DNA of 64,000 nt from Chrysomallon squamiferum. Its lineage: Eukaryota; Animalia; Mollusca. The stretch's first letter is position 1, and every line of letters starts with the position of its first letter. Shown here in pieces: positions 28,102-40,209 of this stretch. A model generated the notes under the pieces. It saw nothing but the letters and a program-made list of their open reading frames with translations, searched no databases and was not told the DNA's origin. The stretch lies in the NCBI GenBank assembly GCA_012295275.1, contig CM022679.1, forward strand, positions 5,704,001-5,768,000, given 5' to 3'. The position numbers and the translations under genes were made by a program.

Positions 28102-30219
28102 CTTTTAACCTGCAATAACAGTATTTGCTATCAAGTCCTAACTGTAACAAGGCACAAAGAAAAACATTCTTAATAGCTTGTTTGTAGATAGAATATCAAG
28201 TAAAACATTTGTTAAAAACAAAATCTACAGTATTACATTATATTAGGTACAACTGATAAATCTTTGATTCAACGTGAAATTTTATGCAGGGCATTGGAAT
28301 GTAAGTATAACAATGATTTATAAAATTTGAAATAACAGTCTCACGAAAACATAGTAACAAAACAGACTACATCATTACTTGAAGTTACAGTTCATACAAA
28401 GAGAAATTGTCTAAGACTTGAAATAGTCTTTACACAATCAGTATTAAATCAGTTACATGATTGTAATTGTTTAACTGTAGACCTAAACGTTTAATTTTGT
28501 TCGCCATTTAAAATTTATTAATGGAGGATCTAAGACCACTTCGACTATCTCTTGATCTGTTTCTATATTGTGATTACTGTAGGAGGAGAAGGAGAGAAGG
28601 AGGAGTAATAACAGTAGTAGTCATAATTATTATTGTTGTTGTAAATGTAATAGTAGTCGTAGTAGGAGTTGCTGTTTTTGTAAAGATAATACAGAGTACG
28701 GTAATGTTAGTGGTATTAATAAACATATTGCTAGTAATTAAAAAATGGTAATAATAGCAACTTGTGTATGCATGTACTTTTTATTACTAGCAATATGTTT
28801 ATTAATATCACTAACATTACCGTTATATATATATGTATATTAATTATTATATGTTATATAGGTATATACGTATGTATTTTTTGTGTGCGAGCGTCTATGC
28901 ATACTCGTGAATGTAATTTTTAACGATGCTTGGTATCTGCATTCGTTACCAGTTTATTATTTATTATTAATAATTTAATTAATTTTAATGCGAGTATTTT
29001 TAATTATTAATATATATCTCTATAGAAAACCTAAGAAATTTTACTTACATACAAATATCACTTATAGATTGTCTCAAGAACGAACCTCTACGAAACTTGT
29101 CTGCCCATGTTCAACTCATTACAAGTGACATAATTATGATATAGATATTATTTACAGCGACAATTACACAATTGTAAAGGATATATTCGTAAACTGAAGT
29201 ATCAGTATATCAAAACTGAAGAGTAATCTAAATGAAGATCGAACACGAGAGTGTGTAATAAAGAGTTTACTGAAGGTTAATAGATATTTTTTGAAAATCC
29301 AAAATGGCTTCCACGGACATTTATTTTATTTGATTACAAAAAGAGAAACATTATTTTATTCTCACTGTCGGTAGTAACTTAGCATCATAAAAATGTAAAC
29401 CTATATTTAAAATTTGTTACTTTAATAATATTCACTAAAATTGACTAAAGAATATATAATAGTAACGTTGTCATAAAGGGAAAAAAAAAGTCCTTTACAG
29501 GAAACTGTTATCATGAATAGTTTTTTTACAATGATAATTACTTCCGTTACTTCAGCTACTGCTACTATTACTGCTATCACTACTACTACTACTAATACCA
29601 TTGCTGCTGTTTTAACAACCACTATCATTACCACCCTGCTGTGACGCCTGTTACTTATTATTTTTCTCTGAAACGTATTTGACAATTTTGAGTACTAATA
29701 CTAGTAATATTACTAGTGCTACAACTAGTGCTATATGACAATAAATAAATAAATAAACTTGAAACATAATAAAAGCAAAAGAAAGGAAAAAAAATAAAAG
29801 CAAAATAAAGAAAGTTTCACATATTATTTAATAGTGATTAAATCGTATTTAATCACGGCTAATATCTGTAATATTACTTCTACTACGACTATATTACTAT
29901 AAGTAAGTCAATAAGTAAGTAAGTAAATCAGTCTGTCACCTTGAAAAATAATAAAAACAAATGTACAAAGAAAATAAAGCAAAGCTTTTAACAGACGAAA
30001 AAAGGTCTGTTTTATATATTATTTAATCGTGTTACATTTGGAAGCCTATGACAGCATGACACGCCTATGTATATTTAGAGCTATTAATAAAACAATCAGT
30101 GTTTTAACTTACCTACGATCTTGTTTTGTTTCACCGTATATTCATATTTATATCTGTTTAATCCTCCAGTTTTAATAACTTGTTTTAAAATGACAAAACA
30201 TCGGTAAGGTTTTCGTCTC

Positions 30220-30560
30220 TTGTAAATTCTGGTGTTGCCAACCACTAATAATTTATTAACCAGTAAAGACAAAAATTCGTTATAGGGGCCTTACCAGGTA
30301 AGATGTAGCTAAAGTTATTGTGTATTTTCTTCATCGTGTCGAGGCTGTAGAGGAAGATATGCAGAGAATGAATGTGAGTTTTTTCTGGGACAGATAAAAA
30401 TAAATTGAAATGTCGCAACAAAATGTCAGACGAATAATTCATTTCCTGACCTTAGTTTTTGTTGCTTTGTTTATTTATTTACTTTATTTCCTTCATTTAC
30501 TTTATTTACTTTATTTATTTATTTAAACATTTATTTATTTATTTGTTTACTTTATTTCCT

Positions 30561-30595
<35 letters not shown>

Positions 30596-30596
30596 T

Positions 30597-30630
<34 letters not shown>

Positions 30631-30830
30631 TATTATTTTTTTTTTTTAGCCAGGCGAGTTTAGGTGCAACTGAGAAATTCCCCCATGATCCTTTCCTGCT
30701 CTGGACGGCTAAGTCTGTACAGACGTACAGAGTAAGTACTAAAATGTTTGAAGATAGGATCCCCCTTATCCCCAGCTTTCCCCCGCCACCTAACAAAAGT
30801 AAATATGATTACGTCAGACGCTAAATTCAC
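30220..30830 (-). pseudogene. Highly degenerate histone H2B-like relic, split by an AT-rich tract
   Basis: By eye: STYSVRLYRL..RPE..IMGEFL (30660-30800) vs H2B ESYSIYIYKV..HPD..IMNSFV. Also MNYSSDILLR and TMKKIHNNFSYILPGK (30245-30442) vs MNSFVNDIFER and TSREIQTAVRLLLPGE. Confidence 0.45.
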
Positions 30831-30871
30831 TGGATTTACTAACATTACAGAACCGTGCACAAATTAAACAG

Positions 30872-30907
<36 letters not shown>

Positions 30908-31324
30908 ATTTCTTCGTTTTTTATATATATTTTAAATTGATTTGATCTGATTTTTTTTTTTTATTATTATTATTTTTAAATCAATATACTCATTGAACAA
31001 TTCACATTTTATACAGTTTATTACTTAATCGTAACTAAATAACAAGAAAACACTGTCAGAAGACAGGTTGCTATCAAAGAGAATAAAAACAAAGAAAACC
31101 TCCATAAATTTTATATTATTTCACCTTTCTTTGAACATTATCAAGAAAGTTTTGACATTATCATGATTATAGAAATGTTTGTAAATTGGTATTCTTAAAA
31201 GGAATCACATCAAAATTACTTATATACACATAACAGTTAATGATAGTGTTACAGAAGATTTTAATGCGAAAACAAATCAACGGAAAAAACACAAGTCCTT
31301 GTTGTCGACGCCATTGCTAACGTG

Positions 31325-31800
31325 AAGGTGACTTCTTTTACGTCGTAGTTGTGTCTATATAAGGACGACAAATAAGAGAATGACGTAAGCCTGAGGGTTC
31401 TTTTTATAAAACAATTGAACATCCACTACCCCGTTGATTTATATCCGGGATGTGGAAAAACAAGACGCTGATTAAACAGCTAATCTCAAGGAGTGTTTCT
31501 TTGTTCACTGGATCCTGCATCCTGCATCTTGGTGCTGTGTTTGGTTGGAAATCGTCTTCAAAACTGATTGTTGATGATCCGCTCCGAGGTTCATTACTAC
31601 AGTTAGAGGTCGGGACACCCCGAACTTTCCAGAACGTGGCCGAAGGGAGGATCTTCTGTAATCAAAAGCGAAAACGACTCAAGCATTCTGCAGCCCTCAA
31701 CGATGACAGGATGGAATCCAGTGACCAAATGAAACAAACGAACTACCCCCCCCCAAAAGGAACCCGGCCCTTTTCAGGGCCACCAAATCTTAAGAAAGTG
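31325..31800 (+). pseudogene. Degenerate histone H4-derived unit A with TATA box and intact histone 3' stem-loop
   Basis: TATATAA at 31356. 'ata tcc g gga tgt gga aaa' resembles MSGRGK (31441). PA/ILHLGAVFGWKSSSKLIVDDPLRGSL is in register with H4 [27 protein letters not shown], followed by FQNV..KRK..AL. Stem-loop at 31766-31781. Confidence 0.65.
31766..31798 (+). terminator. Replication-dependent histone mRNA 3' stem-loop plus histone downstream element
   Basis: GGCCCT-TTTC-AGGGCC followed by ACCAA and a purine-rich AAGAAAG (31792-31798): the canonical SLBP/U7 signal layout. Confidence 0.88.
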
Positions 31801-33729
31801 TCTTGTCATACAATTGCTGTTAAATAATAATAAAATAAAATGAATAATAAATAATCTGGTTATCATAATAAAAATAATTATACTACATAAGTAAATAAAT
31901 AAATAAAATAAAATGAATAATAATTAGTACTAATAATACCTAATAATAACATAATTATCATAGTAATAAATTATTATATATAAGCAAATAAGTAATAATA
32001 ATTATTATTATAAATAAATTAATATATATGTATACAACATAAATTATAAAATTAACAAAATAAAATTAATAAGAAATAATACTAAGAATAATGTAATGAT
32101 TGTAGGGGAAAAAAATTGAATAAGTCCAAATTGAAGAAAGAAACAACTTTAAAAATACATATAAAACGTAATTTTACATATAGTTTTTAACGTATTAAGA
32201 AGTAATTGTAATATTATCATCATTTATCAGTTAATAATTACTTATGTCAAAATGAATTGGTCACTTGGCTGAAAATTTTTAAACAAACAAACAATAACAA
32301 AATAGAAAAGAAAGAAATAAGAAGACTGAAATATAGTTAGTTGTAAGTAAGTAAGCAAGTAAAAAAACTAACTAAATAATTAAGTAAGTAAATAAGCAAA
32401 CAATAAAGAAAGAAAATAAACAAACAAACAAAATCCTTAGAAATAGTAACAAAATGATTATAACATAAATTCAATGTTTTATCCATGTTTTTGGTAGTTC
32501 GGTTAAGAAATAACAGAATACTCAGTATCAACATGCAGTAAGTAATATTTAATACTAGAAAATAAAATAAAATGTGAAAATATATTATCATAATTATTAT
32601 TATTATGAGGCACACCCTATGTAGTCCAAGGGAGACGATTCTAATATACTTTCTTTTCTTCAAATATATTCTCCTTGCTTCTATTTTTGGTAAAATAATT
32701 TTTATTTTATTATCATTTAAGTTAAGTTGATAAAGAATTCACTTCTGTTTCGTGGAAGTTTATTTTTCATACTAGTACTTTTTAAAATAATAATAATCAT
32801 AATACTAATAATTTAGGAAAAATAACTGTTAGTTTGGGAAATATTTCTTATGTTACAATATAAAGTGAAAGGTACAACATTTTCAGTATGGTACTAAAGA
32901 AAACGTAAACTGCTAAAACTGTTGTCACTCTGGTAACAAATGTAAACTGAAAATGGGTAAAATATTGTCAGCGTGGTAAATTATATAAAACTAAAGACAT
33001 GAGCAGATGTCCATTTATTTTTAAGTCCATACAGCATTTCTGTACATTATATTACTGAATAAAATTAATTATTTATGCAAAATGTTTCATTATTGGTCGG
33101 TTCGAGTTAGTCTGCACACTTCAAATTAAGAAACACTTCACTAAAAAGATTGTCTGTTGTCTTCTTGATGAATTAGAATTAATGAATTAATTAAAACAAA
33201 AATAAGTAAATATAGACTTCTGGATCTATTTGTTTCCTATTTTTTTCATCACATGTAAAACTAAATTTTGTAGTAAATGATACAGACTGAGTAAGGTTTA
33301 GAAAACGCATCACTGTTTTGAATGATTACGTCACAAATTCATTAGCTTAATGCAACCGTCAAGTGGTTGTGCTAATGTGTGCTTTGTTTATTTGTTTTTC
33401 TATTTACAGTATCAATATATGCACAAAAGGTATGTACATTTCATATTCTGGATTCTTTAATGATATATACGGCATCATAAAACATTGCTAAAAAAAAAAC
33501 CATTGATTTTAAAATCTATTTTAAATATGCAGTCAGTTATAAATTTTGTTTCAACCTGGTCTTTTTTTAATTGGCGTCAAGGAAATATTGACATTATGCG
33601 GATAAAAATATAAATACCGAAAACAGAAACATATAACAAATATACACATATATCTGACATAAAGTATTATTACGGTACTACATTCTAAAACGGTAAAGTT
33701 TCGAAGACAAAAACACAACTCCATCACGG

Positions 33730-33820
33730 ATGGCGACGTCACGAGAACGTTTGCCGCTTGTTTACTAATTACGTCACATGTTTGTGCTTCTATGGTCAAT
33801 TCATCGGCGTGTATATAAGA
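33730..33820 (+). promoter_or_regulatory. TATA promoter with CRE/ATF-like sites upstream of the repeat arrays
   Basis: GACGTCA 33735, TTACGTCA 33769, TATATAAG 33812; CpG-rich patch. Confidence 0.5.
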
Positions 33821-33828
33821 CAGAACTG

Positions 33829-34030
33829 TTAGCAAGGCAATTTAGATTCCCGTGCCCACATCTGTGCCTTGAGAAGCCCCTCAAATGAATGAGAAAATGT
33901 ATATCCTGTTTCTTTGAACGTCAAATACTGGCGGCTGAAGTGGCAGACGTGAGAAACCTCGAAAGAATGAGAAAATGTAATTCTTTGTTCTCAAGTACTG
34001 GCGACTCGAGAGACACACCTAAAGAAGCTG
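33829..34030 (+). pseudogene. Degenerate histone H2A-like relic (5' half, internally duplicated)
   Basis: 'agc aag gca att tag att ccc gtg' resembles SRAGLQFPV; 'atg aga aaa tgt aat tct' resembles LRKGNY; 'ctg gcg gct gaa gtg' encodes LAAEV. Confidence 0.55.
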
Positions 34031-35200
34031 AAGATTCCGGTGCGCCTAGCAAAGATAATATACGAACCGGTGGATGAATCCTCGGCAGATTTACACTGGC
34101 GACTTAAACTGAAGAAACGAAGCTGAAGATTCCGGTACGCCTAGGCAAAGATAATATACACACCGGTGGATGAACCCTCGGCAGACCTACATTGCAGGCT
34201 TAAACTGAAGAAACGATGCTGAACATTCCGGTGCGCATAGTAAGGCCTATATGCGCACCGGAATGTTCAGTTTTGTTTCTTCAATTTAAGCCTCCAATGT
34301 AGTCTCCCGAAGATTCATCCATCGGTGTGTACATTATCAATGCGCACCGGTGGATGAACCCTCGGCAGACTTACATTGGAGGCTTAAATTGAACAAACGA
34401 AGCTGAAGATTCCTGTGCGCATAGTAAGGCCTATATGCGCACCGGAATCTTCAGTTTTGTTTGTTCAGTCTAAGTCTCCAATGTAGTCTCCCGAGGGTTC
34501 ATCCATCGGTGTGCGCACCGGAATCTTCAGCTTTGTTTCTTCATTCTAAGCCTCCAGTGTAGTCTCCCGAGGGTTCATCCATCGGCGCATATTATCTATC
34601 CGGACAGGTGAATGAGCCCTCGGCTGGAGGCTGAAGTTGAAGAAACGAAGCTGAAGATTCCGATGAATGAACCCACGGCAGACATTCATTGGAGGCTGAA
34701 GTTGAAGAAACGAAGCTGAAGATTCCGGTGAATGAACCCACGGCAGACATTCATTGGAGACTGAAGTTGAAGAAACGAAGCTGAAGATTCCGGTGAATGA
34801 ACCCACGGCAGACATTCATTGGAGGCTTAAGTTGAAGAAACGAAGCTGAAGATTCCGGTGAATGAACCCACGGCAGACATTCATTGGAGGCTGAAGTTGA
34901 AGAAACGAAGCTGAAGATTCCGGTGAATGAACCCACGGAAGATTCCGGTGCGCATAGCAAAGATAATATGCGCACCGGCGGATGAACCCACGGCAGACAT
35001 TCATTGGAGGATGAAGTTGAAGAAACGAAGCTGAAGATTCCGGTGAGCATAGCAAAGATAATATACACACCGGCGGATGAACCCTCGGCAGACATTCACT
35101 GGAGCTTAGATCGTAGAAATGAGGCTGAAGATTCCGGTGCGCATAGCAAAGATAATATACACACCGGCGGATGAACCCTCGGCGGACATACACTGGAGGC
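34020..35200 (+). repeat. Tandem array of ~95-bp units and 65-bp deletion derivatives, with inverted units
   Basis: 'gaagattccgg'-type anchor at 34030, 34125, 34221 and 34938, 35033, 35127 (94-96 bp period). 'gacattcatt' at 34681, 34746, 34811, 34876 (65 bp period). Inverted units at ~34250-34338, ~34433-34515, ~34510-34595. Confidence 0.92.
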
Positions 35201-35243
35201 TGAGAAAACAACAAAGAGTCGAACTCTTCAAGAAGGTATTTGT

Positions 35244-36545
35244 TTATCTGTGGGGAGACGGAGAAGATGTAGCGGAAAAGTGGAAAAGCACTAGCAACAA
35301 CCCAGGAACTGTGAAACACTCGAAAAAGACATTCGCGCCAAAGGGAGAGACAGTTTTCACCAGCATCAACGATGCTTCAACAGTCAAAATATGTGCAGGC
35401 CACTGTATTCCACTGCATCTTCGTCTGTGGGGAGACGGAGAAGATGCAGCGGAAAAGTGGAAAAGCACTAGCAACAACCCAGGAACTGTGAAACACTCGA
35501 AAAAGACATTCGCGCCAAAGGGAGAGACAGTTTTCACCAGCATCAACGATGCTTCAACAGTCAAAATATGTGCAGGCCACTGTATTCACTTCGTCTGTGG
35601 GGAGACGGAGAAGATGCAGCGGAAAAGTGGAAAAGCACTAGCAACAACCCAGGAACTGTGAAACACTCGAAAAAGACATTCGCGCCAAAGGGAGAGACAG
35701 TTTTCACCAGCATCAACGATGCTTCAACAGTCAAAATATGCAGCGGAAAAGTGGAAAAGCACTGCACTCGGCCACTGCATCCACTTCGTCTGTGGGGAGA
35801 CGGAGAAGATGCAGCGGAAAAGTGGAAAAGCACTAGCAACAACCCAGGAACTGTGAAACACTCGAAAAAGACATTCGCGCCAAAGGGAGAGACAGTTTTC
35901 ACCAGCATCAACGATGCTTCAACAGTCAAAATATGTGCAGGCCACTGCATCCACTTCGTCTGTGGGGAGACGGAGAAGATGCAGCGGAAAAGTGGAAAAG
36001 CACTAGCAACAACCCAGGAACTGTGAAACACTCGAAAAAGACATTCGCGCCAAAGGGAGAGACAGTTTTCACCAGCATCAACGATGCTTCAACAGTCAAA
36101 ATATGTGCAGGCCACTGCATCCACTTCGTCTGTGGGGAGACGGAGAAGATGCAGCGGAAAAGTGGAAAAGCACTAGCAACAACCCAGGAACTGTGAAACA
36201 CTCGAAAAAGACATTCGCGCCAAAGGGAGAGACAGTTTTCACCAGCATCAACTATGTACATATGCAGGACATTGCTTCCAGTTTGTCAGTGGGGAGACAG
36301 AGAAGATACAGATAAACAGTGCCAAGGCACTAGCAACAGCCCGTGAATTGTGAAACATTCCAGAAAGATATGTTACACCAGAGGGGGAGACAGTTTTCAG
36401 CACCATGAACGATTCTTCAGTTTTCAGCACCATGAACGATTCTTCAACAGTCAGTGTCCATATGCAGGACACTGAACTTCCAGTTTGTCAGTGGGGAGAC
36501 AGAGGAGATACAGATGAAATGGGTGAAGGCATAGCAAGAAACCTC
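35244..36545 (+). repeat. 170-bp tandem repeat (5 near-identical plus 2 diverged units)
   Basis: 'tcgtctgtggggagacggagaagatgcagcgg' at 35421, 35591, 35786, 35956, 36126; variants at ~35244, ~36283, ~36485. Confidence 0.95.
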
Positions 36546-37519
36546 TAATTGTGAAATTGTTAATGAACATTAAATATAATATCGCGATGAACATTGTAAA
36601 ATTTCGCGAATTTAAATTGTAATGGAAATTAAAAATCTGTATAATAAAATAATTATATAAAATGCATTTTATTTGTTATTATTTTATTTATTTATTTATT
36701 ATATATTTCTTTAAATTTTCCTTTTTGTTTTATTACATATCTAGAGATGATTCATGGAATATCTCTGTTTATATTTAATAAGATTATTTTTAAAGATCCA
36801 GTTCTGCAAGGAATACAGTGGAACTATAATTAATTCTTGCATACATACATACATACATACATATAAATATTCAATATATATAGTTTACGGAGCAAGAAAT
36901 ACAGAGAATATTAATTCCAGTTTACCACTTAACAATTATTGGTTTATGGAGTATTTTGATATAAAACAAAAACTTAGAAAAAGTAAAATATATATTAATT
37001 ACATTTATCAGTGTAGTTGATAGAAATTATTAGTAACTTTGACTGTTTTTTTTTTTTCTTCTTTTTTTTCCCCTCATTAGATGGTACTTTAGGTTACTCA
37101 ACTTTCGTTAACAGCTAGTTTGTTAATTAAATTTATTCAAAATAAATAAATGAATATATTTATAATTACATATTCTGTATTAGTCCTTGTTGAGTATACA
37201 GTCTTTGTTAAGCAGAAATCATATTTTAGTGTTACTGTAATATGATCCAAGGTACATAAATATATTTTTATTCACTGGTTGCATGTATATATCTCAGGTA
37301 ATAAGTAGTAATTCGCAAATCACACAAGTGGTGGAGTAATTATATTCTGTTACTGGCTGGCAACATTTATAAAGTTTACACACTCTGATTAGCTCCTGTC
37401 TGTCTCTTACGAATAACTCGTATTGAAATGTATCTATTTGTTTTTTAGTACGAATGTATGTACGTATGCATATGTGTATGTATTTAGGTAAGAATATTCT
37501 CTTTATTATGTACATCTAT

Positions 37520-37720
37520 TTAGATCCTGAACAAGGACAATATCCAGGAACATGTAAACTGAATTGGCACAGGATAACATCAGAATCCGCTCACGAGACT
37601 CGAACCTGGGAGAATGAAATCAGTGTCACAAGAGGTTTAAAGTGAAAGTATCAGCCGTGGTTCTGTTGCCCCATGTCAAAAGATATCTTGGCACATTCTG
37701 ACAGTTTCACATCAACCAAT
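37520..37720 (+). pseudogene. Degenerate H4-like relic
   Basis: 'gac aat atc cag' encodes DNIQ (37536). AHETR resembles YEETR and ENEISVT resembles ENVIRDAVT, in H4 order. Confidence 0.45.
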
Positions 37721-38811
37721 GTTCCTGGAAGTTATTCAAGGAAATAAAGGTGAGAAAGTCAAAAAAAAAAAAAAAAAAAAGTAGAAATGAAACAAAAAAA
37801 GATAAAAACAAAGAAATAATAAAGAACTAGATGTAAAAGAAAAAGAAAAATTCAGAATCGAAGTATCAACTAAAAATGTTTTATCAGAAAATAACAATGT
37901 TTAACCTTTCTTTATGTATTAGCACTTTGTCAGTGTCAAGTGTGCAGATGTTGATCTCATTCTATTTGTGTGTGTGTGTGTACTTATATAGTATGTGTAT
38001 ATAAATATGTGTGTGTAATTATGTATGTATGTATGTTTGTATATATATATATATATATATATATTTTTGTATGTATGCGTCTTCTCAGTCGTTCATGAAT
38101 GAGGGAAAGATATCAGTTTTATTTTATTTGTTATTATTTTTATTTTGTTTATTTTATTTTATTTATGTTTTATTATTATTATTTTTTATTTATTATTATT
38201 TTTTTATTTTTTTTTATTTTTTATAGCAACAATTAGGATATCCCCCATAATCCGTCCCTGCTCTGGACGGCTAAGTCTGTACAGAGGTACAGAGTATGTA
38301 TCAAAATGTTTGACGATAAGACCCCCCTTATCCCCAGCTTTCCCCCGCCACCTAACAAAAGTAAATAAGATTACGTCAGACCCTGTATTCGCTGGATTTA
38401 CTAACATTACAGAACAAATTAAACACAAAAGTACTTTTTTTTTTTTTTTTTTTTTTTTAATTATTTAAATCAATATATTCATTGAACAATTCACTTTTTA
38501 TACTGTTTATTACTTAGTCGTAACTAAATAACTAGAAAACACTGTCAGAAGTAAACTGTTTGTATTAAACAATAAACACAAAACAAAAAACCTGTAAATT
38601 CTATATTATTTTACTTTCTTTGAACAATATCAAGAAAATTTTGACATTATCATGATTATAGAAATATTTTTATATTGTATTCTTAAAAGGAATCACATCA
38701 AAAATACTGATATACACATATCAGAGAATGATAATAATACAGAATCTTTTAACGCGAAAACATTTCAAAGAAAAAAACACAACTCCTTGTTGTCGACGCC
38801 ATTGCTAAACT

Positions 38812-39290
38812 CAAGGTGACTTCTTTTACGTCCGTTTTCTGTCTATATAAGGACGACAAATAAGAGAATGACGTAAGCCTGAGGGTTCTTTTTATAAAAC
38901 AATTGAACATCCACTACCCCGTTGATTTATATCCGGGATGTGGAAAAACGGGACGCTGATTAAACAGCTAATCTCAAGGAGTGTTTCTTTGTTCACTGGA
39001 TCCTGCATCCTGCATCTTGGTGCTGTGTTTGGTTGGAAATCGTCTTCAAAACTGATTGTTGATGATCCGCTCTGAGGTTCATTACTACGGTTAGAGGTCG
39101 GGACACCCCGAACTTTCCAGAACGTGGCCGAAGGGAGGATCTTCTGCAATCAAAAGCGAAGACGACTCAAGCATTCTGCAGCCCTCGACGATGACAGGAT
39201 GGAATCCAGTGACCAAATGAAACAAAAAAATTAAAAAAAACATTAAAAAAAACGGCTCTTTTCAGGGCCAACAAATCTTAAGAAAGCGTG
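38812..39290 (+). pseudogene. Degenerate histone H4-derived unit B with GTCCG box, TATA and histone stem-loop
   Basis: Paralog of unit A. TATATAA at 38844, premature TGA at 39073, stem-loop at 39254-39269. Confidence 0.65.
39254..39286 (+). terminator. Histone 3' stem-loop plus downstream element
   Basis: GGCTCT-TTTC-AGGGCC (one U-G wobble), AACAA, AAGAAAG at 39280-39286. Confidence 0.82.
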
Positions 39291-39389
39291 TTTTCATACA
39301 ATTGCTGTTAAATAATAATAAAATAAAAATAATAAATAATCTAGTTATTATAATAATAATTAAACTACATAAGCAAACAAATAAATAAA

Positions 39390-39975
39390 ATAAAATAAAA
39401 AATAATTATAGCTAATAACATAATTATCATAGTAATAAATTATAATGCATATATAAATAAGTAATAATAATAATTATAATAAATAATGTAATAAATAATT
39501 ATACAATATTAATTACAAAATTAACAAAATAAAATCAATAATAATTAGTACAATAATAGCTAATAATAACATAATTATAGTAATAAATTATAATACATAT
39601 ATAAATAAGTAAAAATATTGATTATAATAAATATATAATAAATAATTATACAACATTAATTAGAAAATTAGCCAAATAAAATGAATAATAATTAGTACTA
39701 ATAATAGCTAATAATAACATAATTATCATAGTAATAAATTATAATACATGTATAAATAAGTAACAATATTAATTCTAATAAATATATAATTATACAACAT
39801 TAATTATAAAATTAACAAAATAAAATTAATAATAATTAGTACTAATAATAGCTAACAATAACATAATTATCATGGTAATAAATTATAATACGTATATAAA
39901 TAAGTAATAATAATAATTATAATAAATATATAGTAAATAATTATACAACATTAATTATAAAATAAATAATAATTA
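39390..39975. repeat. AT-rich tandem repeat, ~144-148 bp, 4 units
   Basis: 'gctaa' anchors at 39411, 39559, 39707, 39851 with collinear sequence between them. Confidence 0.75.
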
Positions 39976-40209
39976 CTTCTAAGAAAACATTCAACTTGAA
40001 GAAACAAATCAAATTTAAAAATGCATATAAAACAAGAACACAAATAGTTTTTGACGTATTGAAAAGTAATTGTAATACTATCATCATTTAAAACTTATTA
40101 TGTGACAAAATCTGTAAAAATAAGAGTTATTAAAAGAAAGAAAACAAAATTAGAGATAAAAATGTCTCCGTAGAACATGTACAAAACAACAATGTTGAAA
40201 ATGTAAATA

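Larger units (their letters stand above)
30650..32270 (+). repeat. Segmental repeat, copy A (other copies 38225-40100 and partial 40910-41420)
   Basis: Long near-identical stretches, e.g. 31290-31735 vs 38785-39225 and 30980-31320 vs 38470-38810 vs 41120-41422. Confidence 0.92.
38225..40100 (+). repeat. Segmental repeat, copy B (H2B-like 5' relic on -, H4-like unit on +)
   Basis: Collinear with 30670-32260. Confidence 0.9.

Noticed and set aside
31450-31827. 125-aa ORF as a functional protein or H2A variant
   Set aside because: The H2A-like words (HLGAV, LQL, VAEG) have the wrong spacing, whereas H4 aligns in register. The frame runs through the stem-loop and is broken by TGA in copy B.
35119-36315. 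Overlapping 70-180 aa ORFs in the 170-bp array as a repeat protein
   Set aside because: The unit length of 170 shifts frame in every copy; the ORFs are by-products of the tandem repeat.
34020-36545. CRISPR-like array
   Set aside because: The units are whole tandem copies without unique spacers; the context is eukaryotic and there are no cas genes.
38892-39149. Minus-strand ORF open in both copies behind an acceptor-like site
   Set aside because: The copy differences I could see are non-synonymous and the copies are too similar for shared openness to be informative. It is antisense to the H4 relic.
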